From positions 544,001 to 608,000 of the forward strand of contig OZ223269.1 in assembly GCA_965140585.1 (NCBI GenBank): a stretch of DNA of 64,000 nt, written 5' to 3'. The position numbers and the translations under genes were made by a program. The DNA is from Spirochaetia bacterium (GTDB lineage: Bacteria; Spirochaetota; Spirochaetia; UBA9216). The notes under the pieces were generated by a model. It was given only the letters and a program-made list of their open reading frames with translations. It was not told the DNA's origin and ran no database searches. Shown piece by piece: positions 48,733 to 58,625 of this stretch; the first letter of the stretch is position 1, and every line of letters starts with the position of its first letter.

Positions 48733-48819
48733 GGTCTGATGATCTATTACAAATTTACTCCGATTATTTGATTTTGACCTCCACGTTCTTTAGTCTTTAT
48801 TGAACCAATGGAGGTGTAA

Positions 48820-49224
48820 ATGTCTTTAATTAATTGGAATGATTCATTTAGTGTAGGAATTGCTGAAATTGATGAACAGCATATTAATCTGGTAAAGATG
48901 CTGAACGAACTCACTGATGCAATGAAAGCCGGTAAGGGTAACGATGTTATGAGTCCCATCATTCAGCGATTAATCAAATATACCCAGACACACTTTAAAA
49001 CTGAAGAAAGCCTTTTCAAGTCTTATAATTATCCTGATGCATCTGAACATATCTCGGAACACCGTGATTTTGTAGAGAAAATCAGTGTGTTTAATGAAGA
49101 TTTTAAGAGCGGCAAAAAAACATTATCAATAGATATTCTGAACTTTCTTGCGGGATGGCTTCAGAGTCATATAAAGGGAACCGACAAAAAATATTCAGAG
49201 TTTTTGATATCTCATGGTGCCTGA
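48820..49224 (+). CDS. Bacteriohemerythrin
   Basis: DEQH, HFKTEE, HISEH and HIKGTD di-iron ligands. Confidence 0.93.
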   Translation: MSLINWNDSFSVGIAEIDEQHINLVKMLNELTDAMKAGKGNDVMSPIIQRLIKYTQTHFKTEESLFKSYNYPDASEHISEHRDFVEKISVFNEDFKSGKKTLSIDILNFLAGWLQSHIKGTDKKYSEFLISHGA

Positions 49225-49412
49225 TATATATTATTTAAAATAAAATCAACTAATATTTAGAATTCTAAATAAAAGTAAGCATATTCGCTAATATAACACT
49301 TGTGTAAATCGATGTATATTATTAACTTATATATAATGATATTGAAAATGATATCTGCAATTGTTTATAGATATAAATAAATAATTATATTTTATTAAGT
49401 TTAGGAGATAAT

Positions 49413-50768
49413 ATGAATAACGATTTTACAAGCGGTACGCTCTTTGAGTCACCGGAAAGCGAGGACCCCGAAAAACAGACATCAGACAGAATAATGATGA
49501 TCTCATCACATGGATATGTCGCTGCAGAGCCACCTCTAGGTGCGCCTGATACCGGGGGGCAGGTTGTTTATGTCCTTGAGCTGTCAAAAGTTCTCGGCAG
49601 ACTGGGGTATCATGTTGATATTTTTACCAGGCGCTTTGAAGATCAGCCGGAAATTGATCTAGTTGAAGAACGCGTCCGTGTTGTGCGTATACCATGCGGA
49701 GGGAATAATTTTATCCCTAAAGAATATTTATATGAACATATACCGGAGTTTTCAGATAATCTGCAGAACTGGATAATTAGAAATAAACACCAATACAAAT
49801 TTATTAATAGTCATTACTGGGATGCCGGTCTTGCAGGGGAGATTCTTAGAAAGGAACTTTCTATTCCGCACATTCACACACCGCATTCAGTTGGAATCTG
49901 GAAGAAAAATAATATGGAAAAAGATTTCGATAAAAGTGAAGCTGAATTTGAAAAAATCTATAATTTTGAAGACCGAACCAAATATGAAGAGACAATTTTT
50001 AATGATTGCAGCGGTCTGGTTGCGACTACTCCGATACAGCAGGAAATGCTTATAACTGAATATGAACTTCCGGAGCAGAAAGTCACTATGATACCTCCCG
50101 GATATGATGATAACAAATTTTTCCCTATGGGAGATGCCTCAAAAGCTATAATTAAAGAAAAGATGGGTTTTACCGGAAACAGCATTCTTGCAATTTCAAG
50201 ACTGGCTCATAACAAAGGTCTGGACTTGCTTGTGGACGGTTTCTCAATATTTGCCAAACGTGATCCTGATGCTCACCTTTATCTTGCTGTCGGACATGAA
50301 GAGCGTTCCGACACCGAAGAAGCGATTTACAGCGATTTGATTGAAAGAGCGGAAAAGTACGGAATATCTGACAGAGTCCATTTTACCGGTTTTATTCCGG
50401 ATGATATGATGGCTGACTGTTACCGGGCTGCAGATGTTTTTGTTCTTTCCAGCCGCTATGAACCTTTCGGTATGACAGCTGTTGAGGCGATGGCCTGCGG
50501 TACTCCTACTATAGTCACAGCACATGGAGGATTGTGCAAGGTTATAAAAGACGGAATACATGGTCTGAAGTCTGATCCTTTTGAGCCTGAAGATCTTGCC
50601 ATGGATATGCATACCATACTCAAACATGATGCACTTGCTTACCTGCTTTCTTCGGAAGGCAGCAGGGTAGCGCGAAGTAAATTCAGCTGGACAGAGATAG
50701 TAAATCAGCTGATAGAATTTGTAGAATCAAATGATTTTAAAGAGAGCAGAAGCACTGTACTGAACTGA
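49413..50768 (+). CDS. mfpsA: GT4 mannosylfructose-phosphate/sucrose-phosphate synthase-like glycosyltransferase
   Basis: ISSHGYVAAEPPLGAPDTGGQVVYVLEL, FIPKEYL, SHYWDAG, TPHS and YEPFGMTAVEAMA; closely resembles Agrobacterium MfpsA as recalled. Confidence 0.8.
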   Translation: MNNDFTSGTLFESPESEDPEKQTSDRIMMISSHGYVAAEPPLGAPDTGGQVVYVLELSKVLGRLGYHVDIFTRRFEDQPEIDLVEERVRVVRIPCGGNNFIPKEYLYEHIPEFSDNLQNWIIRNKHQYKFINSHYWDAGLAGEILRKELSIPHIHTPHSVGIWKKNNMEKDFDKSEAEFEKIYNFEDRTKYEETIFNDCSGLVATTPIQQEMLITEYELPEQKVTMIPPGYDDNKFFPMGDASKAIIKEKMGFTGNSILAISRLAHNKGLDLLVDGFSIFAKRDPDAHLYLAVGHEERSDTEEAIYSDLIERAEKYGISDRVHFTGFIPDDMMADCYRAADVFVLSSRYEPFGMTAVEAMACGTPTIVTAHGGLCKVIKDGIHGLKSDPFEPEDLAMDMHTILKHDALAYLLSSEGSRVARSKFSWTEIVNQLIEFVESNDFKESRSTVLN

Positions 50769-50782
50769 TAAACTGGGGAAAG

Positions 50783-52855
50783 ATGAAAGCTTTTAATGAT
50801 ACTGATACAAATATTAAACTTATGTCCTTTGATCTGGATGGAACTCTTATCGGAAAACCTGATGCAACGCTTAGATTCAAACTGACTTATGAAAAAATAC
50901 CCGAAGAGAAGCGTCCTCTGCTTTGTTATAATTCCGGAAGGCTTCTAAAAAGTACTCTTGACCTCATCGCGTCGAGTGATCTTCCGACGCCCGATTATTG
51001 TATATGCGGTGTTGGAACTCTTATTTATGATGCGGGTATCGAGACCGTCCTTAAGGAATTTAATAATACTCTCACAAGCGGCTGGGACAGCAAACTTGTT
51101 AAAGAAATCCTATCAACAGAAAGTGATCTCGGCTGTCAACCCGAAAAGTTCCAGGATGCTTTTAAATCATCCTGGTATATTCATGACGCTGGCAGGGAGC
51201 GGATAAATGAAATTAAGCAGATGCTTGAAAAAGCCGGTTTACGGGTAAATCTTGTTTATTCAAGTTCCAGAGACCTTGATGTACTTCCTGAATACGCTAA
51301 TAAGGGGAACGCTCTTAAGTGGCTTATGGAAAGCCTGAATATAAAAGGCGAAGAAGTAATAGTGGGGGGCGACACCGGTAATGACTCCTCGATGTTTTTT
51401 ATCCCTGATGTGAAGGGGATAGTTGTTGAAAACTCACAGCCGGAACTTTTCGCTGCTACGGTTGAACTTGATACTTATATTTCAATAGAAACAATTGCAG
51501 ACGGAATCCTTGATGGCCTGATGCATTACGGTGTGATTGAAGGAATAGAAGATGAAAGCGGATTTGATATAGAGCACAGGAAATATGCACCATCCATTCG
51601 CGGAGTTGTCCGTTCTGAAACATTTAATCAGCTTGATGATAACCAGGTTGATTACATTGAAACTGCTTATTCCAGAGCCGTTGATGCACTAAAAAAAAAT
51701 ATTACTCCGCACGGTTTTTCCGCATGTAGCCTCGAATATAATTCCTTTGAGGCTACTGATGCCAACTATAAAAGTATATGGGCCCGTGACGGAGCTATTA
51801 CAGTCATGAACTCATTGAGCCTTGAAGACGAAGAAATTGAACATGCGCAGCGCCGAACTCTGGATACCCTGCTTGAAAATGTTAAAAATTCCGGTCAGGT
51901 TCCAAGCAATGTACGTATTGATGATTTAACCCCGGACTATTCAGGAGTCGGCGGAATTGCCTCAATTGACAGCGGACTCTGGCTGGTAATTGCTTTTTAC
52001 CATTATATAAGGAAAGCCAGGGATTATACTTATCTTAGAGCATGGAAGGATGTGATATTTAAAATTCTGGACTGGCTCTGGGCTCATGATAGTAATGCCG
52101 ATGACCTTATTGAAGTTCCTGAAGCAGGCGACTGGATGGATCTCTTCGGTCGAAGCTACAATGTTCTGTATGATGAAGTGCTGTGGTTTTATTGTAATCT
52201 CTGTGCAGGCCGAATAGCAGAATTAACCGGCGATTATGAAAAAGCCGGTTACTATCTCAGAAAATCCCAGTCAATAAAACAGACCATCAACAGAAAATTC
52301 TGGCCGAGTATTCACAGCGATACTATAAAAACATTTGCTGACCAGCAGTATTCACTAGGTGATACCCAGTATCTTCTTGCAGAAATCACTCCTTTCGGTT
52401 TCGACTGGAGGTGTGACGTATATGCGAATATACTTGCCGCCCTATTCAATGTAATCTCGATGGAAAAGGCGAGAACAGCCTTCAGTTTTATGTGGGGTGT
52501 CGGAGTAAATGAACCCGCCCCTGTTGCAAACCTGTATCCACCTGTTAACGCAGGAGATCCCGGCTGGCGGCAGTATTATACAGTAAATCTGCTGAACCTT
52601 CCGCATCACTATCATAACGGCGGCGTATGGCCGTTTATCGGTTCATACTGGGTCCAATTCATCAGCAGCCTCGGTATGCGTAATCTCGCTCAAAATGAGC
52701 TTTACAGACTTGCTCAGGTAAACGAAAAGGGTGCCCGCTATGAATGGGAGTTCAATGAATGGGTGCATGGTCAGACCGGTCGGCCTATGGGAAAAGCCTT
52801 TCAGGCATGGTCAGCAGCCGGCTTTATCAGTGCCTATGACAGTCTTCATCATTAA
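50783..52855 (+). CDS. HAD-IIB sucrose/mannosylfructose-phosphate phosphatase fused to a GH100 alkaline/neutral invertase-like domain
   Basis: N-terminal DLDGT, NSGR, NKG and GDTGND; C-terminal WARD, IDSGLW, DWMD, YHNGG.WP and QAWS. Confidence 0.85.
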   Translation: MKAFNDTDTNIKLMSFDLDGTLIGKPDATLRFKLTYEKIPEEKRPLLCYNSGRLLKSTLDLIASSDLPTPDYCICGVGTLIYDAGIETVLKEFNNTLTSGWDSKLVKEILSTESDLGCQPEKFQDAFKSSWYIHDAGRERINEIKQMLEKAGLRVNLVYSSSRDLDVLPEYANKGNALKWLMESLNIKGEEVIVGGDTGNDSSMFFIPDVKGIVVENSQPELFAATVELDTYISIETIADGILDGLMHYGVIEGIEDESGFDIEHRKYAPSIRGVVRSETFNQLDDNQVDYIETAYSRAVDALKKNITPHGFSACSLEYNSFEATDANYKSIWARDGAITVMNSLSLEDEEIEHAQRRTLDTLLENVKNSGQVPSNVRIDDLTPDYSGVGGIASIDSGLWLVIAFYHYIRKARDYTYLRAWKDVIFKILDWLWAHDSNADDLIEVPEAGDWMDLFGRSYNVLYDEVLWFYCNLCAGRIAELTGDYEKAGYYLRKSQSIKQTINRKFWPSIHSDTIKTFADQQYSLGDTQYLLAEITPFGFDWRCDVYANILAALFNVISMEKARTAFSFMWGVGVNEPAPVANLYPPVNAGDPGWRQYYTVNLLNLPHHYHNGGVWPFIGSYWVQFISSLGMRNLAQNELYRLAQVNEKGARYEWEFNEWVHGQTGRPMGKAFQAWSAAGFISAYDSLHH

Positions 52856-52961
52856 ACTGCATAAAAATGGCGTAAAAAAAGTCCCTCTGTATCCAGCGGG
52901 ACGATCTGCTTTTCATTTTGATCTATATTGCTTACTGAAATAAAAATTTCAGAGGTGATAT

Positions 52962-54404
52962 ATGAAAAAGTATAATGTTCAAATTATTATGATTGTACTG
53001 TCTTTATCGTTCATGCTTTTTCCTGCATGCGATGACAGTATCGATACAGCAGGATTGACTGATGAAACCGCAGATGCAACTGCGCCTGAAATGTTTTCGC
53101 TGGTAAGTCTTTCCACAACTGATAGTTCAATATCTTTTACATGGACAGATCCGGAGGCAGATGATTTTAATTACATTATGTATAATGTTTCCAGTGACAC
53201 TGATACATTCAGCGGAACAATAAGTGCCGGAGAAGAAAGTCTTGTTATCAGTGATCTTGCCGGCTATTACTACATTTACACCATCACTTTCAATACGGTA
53301 GATACTGAAGGCTATAAATCTGCTGATTATACTCTTTATATTTCACCATCACTTGACGGGGAAACAGATGAATACAGCATTATAACTACTGCAGATGAAC
53401 TGCTGAATATAAGCATCAATCCCGATGGTGCATATCTGCTTGCAAAAGATATTAATCTTGATAATGTAGAATGGACCCCCATTTGCTACAGCTCTGACCC
53501 TACTGCACTTGTTTTTTCAGGTTCTTTCAGCGGAAACGGGCATACTATATCAAATTTAAAAATTGATAAGGACATAGATGAACATTATAAGGGTCTTTTC
53601 TCCTATTCAACTGGTCATATATACAGATTAAATCTAACTGATGTAAATTTGAATGTGGGTTGCGGAAGCGGTTGTCTGACAGGCTGGAATATGGGCGTTA
53701 TTACAGATTGCAAAGTCTCAGGAAGTGTCGAAGGTCATATTGATATAGGTGGCTTAACAGGATATAACGAAGGTCTAATCATTCGCTGCAGTTCTGATAC
53801 AGCTGTAATCTCAAAAGCGCAGTGTGGAGGAGGTCTCGTCGGTAATAACCCCGGCAAGATTTATCGCAGCTTTTCAACCGGAAATGTCGAAGGATTGACA
53901 CAGATCGGAGGACTTGTAGGGCTATGTGATTCAGATATAAGTGAGATAACAGCCTGTTACGCAACCGGAAATGTTTCAGGAGACACTGATACCGGCGGAC
54001 TTGCTGGACTTGTATCAGCTGGAACAGTGACCGACAGCTATGCAATGGGAGCGGTTGAAGGAATTACCAATACAGGAGGTCTCATCGGTACTAATGTTTC
54101 AATAGTTCTATCCAACTGTTATTCAACAGGCTTTGTTTCAGGTTCTGCTTTTATTGGTGGGCTGGTAGGGCAAAACACCGGCATTGTGACAGCCTGTTTT
54201 TATGACGCTCAAACCTCTGGTTATATTGACGCAGGGGGTTCGGGTAACAGTTGGACTGATATCGGAATGTCAATGATTACTATTTTAATGCAAGATGAAA
54301 CTAACTTTATTGCCGAGGGCTGGGATTTTACTGAAAAATGGGCTAGCAATTCAGATATCAATAGTGGATATCCATACCTTATCCAGCTTTTAGATTCTTA
54401 TTAA
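52962..54404 (+). CDS. Surface lipoprotein with FN3-like domain and GLUG-type beta-helix repeats
   Basis: Lipobox FPAC; WTPI...F.G.F.GNGHTISNL; repeated GGL(V/T/A/I)G.N..Y.TG.V. Confidence 0.8.
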   Translation: MKKYNVQIIMIVLSLSFMLFPACDDSIDTAGLTDETADATAPEMFSLVSLSTTDSSISFTWTDPEADDFNYIMYNVSSDTDTFSGTISAGEESLVISDLAGYYYIYTITFNTVDTEGYKSADYTLYISPSLDGETDEYSIITTADELLNISINPDGAYLLAKDINLDNVEWTPICYSSDPTALVFSGSFSGNGHTISNLKIDKDIDEHYKGLFSYSTGHIYRLNLTDVNLNVGCGSGCLTGWNMGVITDCKVSGSVEGHIDIGGLTGYNEGLIIRCSSDTAVISKAQCGGGLVGNNPGKIYRSFSTGNVEGLTQIGGLVGLCDSDISEITACYATGNVSGDTDTGGLAGLVSAGTVTDSYAMGAVEGITNTGGLIGTNVSIVLSNCYSTGFVSGSAFIGGLVGQNTGIVTACFYDAQTSGYIDAGGSGNSWTDIGMSMITILMQDETNFIAEGWDFTEKWASNSDINSGYPYLIQLLDSY

Positions 54405-54411
54405 GAAAAGA

Positions 54412-54440
54412 AGCCCTGTGAGCTGTTATATCACAGGGCT
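54412..54440. terminator. Bidirectional terminator between convergent genes
   Basis: AGCCCTGTGA-loop-TCACAGGGCT. Confidence 0.75.
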
Positions 54441-54497
54441 GAATTATTTGAAAAATATGAATTAAGAAACAACCTGCAATTGGACATTATGCAAATA

Positions 54498-55598
54498 CTA
54501 TCTATCTACCCGTGCGTTTCCACCGCCTGCAAGTTTTTCTACTTCTTTAAGCGATGCCATAGAGGTATCTCCGGGGGTTGTCATTGCAAGTGCACCATGT
54601 GCGGCTCCGTAGTTCACGCACTTCTCAGGATCAAATCCCTGGAGGAAACCGTAGACAAGTCCGGATGCAAATGAGTCTCCGCCGCCGACCCTGTCATATA
54701 TTTCAAGTGCCGGTCTCTCAATTGAATAGTAAAACTCATCATCAGTATATAGAACCGCACTCCAGTCGTTCACCGTGGCGGATTTTACATCCCTGAGAGT
54801 TGTGGCTATAGCACAGAAATTGGGATATTCGGATGCGACTGTTCTCATCATGTCCTTGTAGTTCTCAATATCAAGGCCCTTAAATCCTTTCTCTGCGCTT
54901 TTAAGTTCAAAGCCGAGTGCTGCTGAAAAGTCTTCTTCATTTCCTATCATTACATCAACATATTTTGCAATTTCACGGTTAATTTCCTGAGCCTTCTGCT
55001 GCCCTCCGTTTGCTTTCCACAGGGACGGACGGTAGTTGAGGTCATAACTTACTACAGTCCCGGCAGCCTTTGCGGCCTTCATTGCTTCTATTGTGAGCTC
55101 AGCAGCATCCTCGGAAAGGGCGGCATAGATTCCTCCGGTATGAAACCATCTTACGCCTTCTTTATTAAAAAGCGCACTCCAGTCTATGTCGCCGGCCTTA
55201 ATCGAAGAGGCCGCGGTATGAGCTCTGTCTGACACTCCCAACGCACCACGAACACCGAAACCCTTTTCCACAAAGTTAAGTCCCTGACGGTAGTTTATTC
55301 CCATACCGTCGTAGGGGAAGGTCTTCGAATATGAATAATCAACGCCGCCCTGACAGATAAGGTCTTCAAGCAGAAGTCCCAGATCGTTATCAGGTATACC
55401 TGTTACCACTGTAGTTCTAAGTTTGAAGCATTTATGAAGTCCACGGATTACATTGTATTCGCCTCCGCCTTCCCATACTCTGAATTCCCGGGTGTTTCGA
55501 ATTCTTCCATCACCGGGATCAAATCTAAGCATTATTTCACCGAGAGCTGCTGCGTCCCAGCGGCATTCAGAGGCTGGTTTTATATTCAGTTTGTTCAT
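54498..55598 (-). CDS. PfkB sugar kinase (2-keto-3-deoxygluconate kinase-like)
   Basis: GGGEYNV, DLNYRPSLW, GNEED and DRVGGGDSF motifs; start moved to ATG 55598. Confidence 0.9.
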   Translation of the reverse strand: MNKLNIKPASECRWDAAALGEIMLRFDPGDGRIRNTREFRVWEGGGEYNVIRGLHKCFKLRTTVVTGIPDNDLGLLLEDLICQGGVDYSYSKTFPYDGMGINYRQGLNFVEKGFGVRGALGVSDRAHTAASSIKAGDIDWSALFNKEGVRWFHTGGIYAALSEDAAELTIEAMKAAKAAGTVVSYDLNYRPSLWKANGGQQKAQEINREIAKYVDVMIGNEEDFSAALGFELKSAEKGFKGLDIENYKDMMRTVASEYPNFCAIATTLRDVKSATVNDWSAVLYTDDEFYYSIERPALEIYDRVGGGDSFASGLVYGFLQGFDPEKCVNYGAAHGALAMTTPGDTSMASLKEVEKLAGGGNARVDR

Positions 55599-55715
55599 AA
55601 AAACTCCTGTGTAATTATTTTTCTTCTGGTTTATTAAAATCAGTATAAAATCGGAGGCTTTAGCTGTCAATTAGACTTGTTTTTAAAAGGTTCATAATGT
55701 AAACTAAAGTTTCAT

Positions 55716-56480
55716 ATGGCGGAACAAAGAAATGAATCATCAGTACAGTCAATTTCACGCGCCTTCGATATTCTGGAGGCTCTTTCTCTTGAAAGAAAAG
55801 GTCTTCGGCTTACTGAGCTATCTGAGCAACTCGAACTTCATAAATCAACCGTATACCGGATACTGAAATCACTTATCGATCGCGGGTATGTCGAGAAGTC
55901 CGATAAATATTACAGGCTTGGACTGGGCTTTATAATGCTTTCAAGTCATCTGCTAAACAGCATCGAACTCAAGACCGAGGCTGAACCATATTTACGGCAG
56001 CTGTCAGATCTAACCGGCCAGACAGTTTTTCTGGCTGTACGTGAAGAAACCGAAGTGGTTTACATAGATAAGGTTGAGCAGTTTAACAGTCTCAGGCGTT
56101 ATTCGATAATAGGAAAGCGTATTCCAATTTACTGTACATCACTTGGCAGATCACTTCTTTTTGATGAAGATGAAGAAAGCCTTGATAACCTGCTTAACAT
56201 TATAGAAATAAAAAAAGTTACACGAAAAACAGAAACCGATCCGATTCGTCTGCAGCATAAAATCAGACGCATGAAAAAACGCGGATGGTCCGAGGATATT
56301 GAGGAGCATCAGAGCGGCGTTCGCTGTGTGGGGGCACCTGTCTATGACTACCGTAATAAAATAATAGCCGCAATCAGTACGGCCTGGAATGTCAGTAAAA
56401 CAGAGGCTGACCCCGATTTCATCGGCAGGGCGGTAAAGCAGACTGCCGAAGAAATATCAAGGCGCCTTGGGAAGATCTGA
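55716..56480 (+). CDS. IclR family regulator (KdgR-like)
   Basis: VQSISRAFDILE...HKSTVYRIL; TSLGR; VRCVGAPV; divergent from the kinase. Confidence 0.93.
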   Translation: MAEQRNESSVQSISRAFDILEALSLERKGLRLTELSEQLELHKSTVYRILKSLIDRGYVEKSDKYYRLGLGFIMLSSHLLNSIELKTEAEPYLRQLSDLTGQTVFLAVREETEVVYIDKVEQFNSLRRYSIIGKRIPIYCTSLGRSLLFDEDEESLDNLLNIIEIKKVTRKTETDPIRLQHKIRRMKKRGWSEDIEEHQSGVRCVGAPVYDYRNKIIAAISTAWNVSKTEADPDFIGRAVKQTAEEISRRLGKI

Positions 56481-56503
56481 TACAAGGAACACAAGAAAAT
56501 TTT

Positions 56504-57511
56504 ATGATAATTTATAATGAAAAAGCAAAAATAAGCTATATTAAATATGGAATTGAAATTCCCTCTCTCGACAGCAGAATGAGCCGTACCATAGAGAGTC
56601 TTCAGGCTGAACCTCGTTTTGAATCAATGCGTGAACAATGGCTGATTGAAGAAATTCCGGAAGGAATTGGAAAAGAAGACCTTCTCCGCGTACATAGTGC
56701 AGACTATGTGGAAGGACTGTATGACATCAGGCTCGAACAGCGTCTTATGGAAGCTTATGAGCTTCTTGATTCTGAAGGAAATTACAACCGGTATAATCCT
56801 GCCAATGCTCAAAAACCGCTAAGCGTAATGCGTGACGATATTCTAAAGGTGATCTCAGGTTCATACTTAGCGGTAAATACCGCAGTTTCAAAAGGTTTCT
56901 GTTATTTTTTAGGCGGAGGCATGCATCATGGTCACCCCGATTTCGGACATGGTTTCTGCCCTGTAAATGATGTAGCTGCGGCGGCTGCAAAGGCCCGCTT
57001 TGAAGGCCTGGCTGATGTAATATGGATTATTGATACAGATGCTCACAGGGGTGACGGCACTGCAGATATTTTTTCGAGCACTCCTGAAGTAAAGACTATG
57101 AGTATTCATATGGCAAATGGATGGCCCCTGGACGGAAAAAAATACCTGGGTAACGGGCAATTAAACCCTGCCTGGATTCCCGGCGATGTTGATATTCCAA
57201 TAGAGAAGCGTAAGGAGGACCATTATATTCCACGGCTTCTGGAAGGTCTTGAATCGCTTGAGAAATCCGGCCTTCCGGATCTTGCAATTGTTGTGGCAGG
57301 TGTGGATCCCTTCGAAAAGGATGAGCTGCCTTCATCAGCACTGCTGGCGCTTACAAAAGAGCAGCTCTTATACCGTGACCGGGCTGTGTATCAGTTTCTT
57401 GAGAAACGTAATATCAAATCAGCCTGGCTTGCTGCCGGAGGTTATGGTAGCTCCTCATGGGAGATTCACTCCGGATTTCTTAAATGGGTTTTAGAGCAAA
57501 GACTTTCTTAA
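56504..57511 (+). CDS. Histone deacetylase family Zn-dependent deacylase
   Basis: GGGMHH, GFC, DTDAHRGDG, GVDP and GGY motifs. Confidence 0.92.
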   Translation: MIIYNEKAKISYIKYGIEIPSLDSRMSRTIESLQAEPRFESMREQWLIEEIPEGIGKEDLLRVHSADYVEGLYDIRLEQRLMEAYELLDSEGNYNRYNPANAQKPLSVMRDDILKVISGSYLAVNTAVSKGFCYFLGGGMHHGHPDFGHGFCPVNDVAAAAAKARFEGLADVIWIIDTDAHRGDGTADIFSSTPEVKTMSIHMANGWPLDGKKYLGNGQLNPAWIPGDVDIPIEKRKEDHYIPRLLEGLESLEKSGLPDLAIVVAGVDPFEKDELPSSALLALTKEQLLYRDRAVYQFLEKRNIKSAWLAAGGYGSSSWEIHSGFLKWVLEQRLS

Positions 57512-57524
57512 ATAATCAGTGCAA

Positions 57525-57932
57525 TTAATCCTGCTTTGACGTGTCTTTCTCAAGTTCGGCTATTCTGCTGTTCACATTTTCAATGTACTGCTTCATGTCT
57601 TCTGCCTGACGTTTTAACATTTTAAGCTCATCAGCTTCGCCGATGGTGTAGGGCTGCGGCAGTACAGCTCCGTATGCCCGATAGTCGTTCTGTTCGAATC
57701 TAAAGCCGCGTGCTCCACGCCCGCCTCTGCCTCTTCCGCAGTTCCATCCTTTTGCCGTTCTTCCATAACCGCGACCTATTCCTTCGCCGCGGCCATTTCC
57801 GAATCCTGCACCTCTTCTGCCGCCAAATGAATCGCTCATATATCCGGGTGCTTCATTTCCTGCACAGAAACCCATTCCTCTTCCTGTCATTGGACCACTT
57901 CCTTCAGGTCCTCTACGATCGCCTCTTGGCAT
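57525..57932 (-). CDS. DUF5320 family Gly/Arg-rich protein
   Basis: MPRGDRRGPEGSGPMTGRGMGFCAG and C-terminal coiled coil; start moved to ATG 57932 (GGAGG RBS). Confidence 0.85.
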   Translation of the reverse strand: MPRGDRRGPEGSGPMTGRGMGFCAGNEAPGYMSDSFGGRRGAGFGNGRGEGIGRGYGRTAKGWNCGRGRGGRGARGFRFEQNDYRAYGAVLPQPYTIGEADELKMLKRQAEDMKQYIENVNSRIAELEKDTSKQD

Positions 57933-57999
57933 ATTATACCTCCGTATAAATTTTGATATTTTGAAATTGATAACCATTATCATTAAGAATATAAAAAAA

Positions 58000-58470
58000 C
58001 TATTTTTTACATTCAGGACAGGTTCCATAAAACCTGATAATATGGCTGTCAATATCGAATCCGTATCTGGACTGAAGTCCATCTTCAGCCTTGCCTACAT
58101 ACAGTTTTTCATCCTCATTAAAGTCGGTGTAATCGACTATTTTTCCGCATTTTCTGCATATGAGGTGATGGTGATGAGGTTTACTGCTGAACTCTTCTGT
58201 CAATTCAAATTTTGCCCTTCCATCGCCGAAGTCAAATTTGTTCACGATACCGTTCTGCTGAAGAAGCTCAAGACTGCGGTAAACTGTTGTCAGTCCGACA
58301 GAAGGATTTTCTTCACGTGCCGTAAAATAGATTTCTTCCGCGCTCAAATGCGAATCAGTATCTGAAAGTATTTCAAGAATCAATTCTCTTGCTGCAGTAA
58401 CTCTGAATCCCCTGCATTCAAGCTGCTGGCCCCATCTGCGGCCTCTGCCGTGTCCATGTCTCATCATCAT
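58000..58470 (-). CDS. Fur family transcriptional regulator
   Basis: HLSAEEIY, GLTTVYRSL, HHHHLICRKC and CPEC motifs. Confidence 0.95.
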   Translation of the reverse strand: MMMRHGHGRGRRWGQQLECRGFRVTAARELILEILSDTDSHLSAEEIYFTAREENPSVGLTTVYRSLELLQQNGIVNKFDFGDGRAKFELTEEFSSKPHHHHLICRKCGKIVDYTDFNEDEKLYVGKAEDGLQSRYGFDIDSHIIRFYGTCPECKK

Positions 58471-58475
58471 TTCCT

Positions 58476-58504
58476 TTAATGAAAATGAAAATCATTTTCA
58501 TTAA
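58476..58504. promoter_or_regulatory. Fur box/perfect palindrome immediately upstream of the Fur-family gene
   Basis: TTAATGAAAATGA-AAA-TCATTTTCATTAA (13-bp arms); core 58481-58499 matches GATAATGATAATCATTATC at 16 of 19 positions. Confidence 0.82.
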
Positions 58505-58538
58505 TAAGTTAACATTATTATTCAATATGGTCAAGATA

Positions 58539-58578
58539 AAAAAGGGCTGCAGAAAAATATTTACTGCAGCCCAAAAAA
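58539..58578 (-). terminator. Terminator downstream of hydA
   Basis: GGGCTGCAG-loop-CTGCAGCCC flanked by A runs on the + strand. Confidence 0.75.
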
Positions 58579-58625
58579 GGAGCCTTTAGCAATACAGCGG
58601 TTATGCTGTCAATTCCCTATGTAAT

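Noticed and set aside
49225-49412. Very AT-rich intergenic region with a weak Fur-box-like stretch (GATATTGAAAATGATATC)
   Set aside because: Low complexity makes chance matches likely; no riboswitch or ncRNA structure recognisable
53700-54200. Repeated GGL(V/I)G units
   Set aside because: GLUG-type protein repeats within a CDS; no identical DNA repeats with spacers
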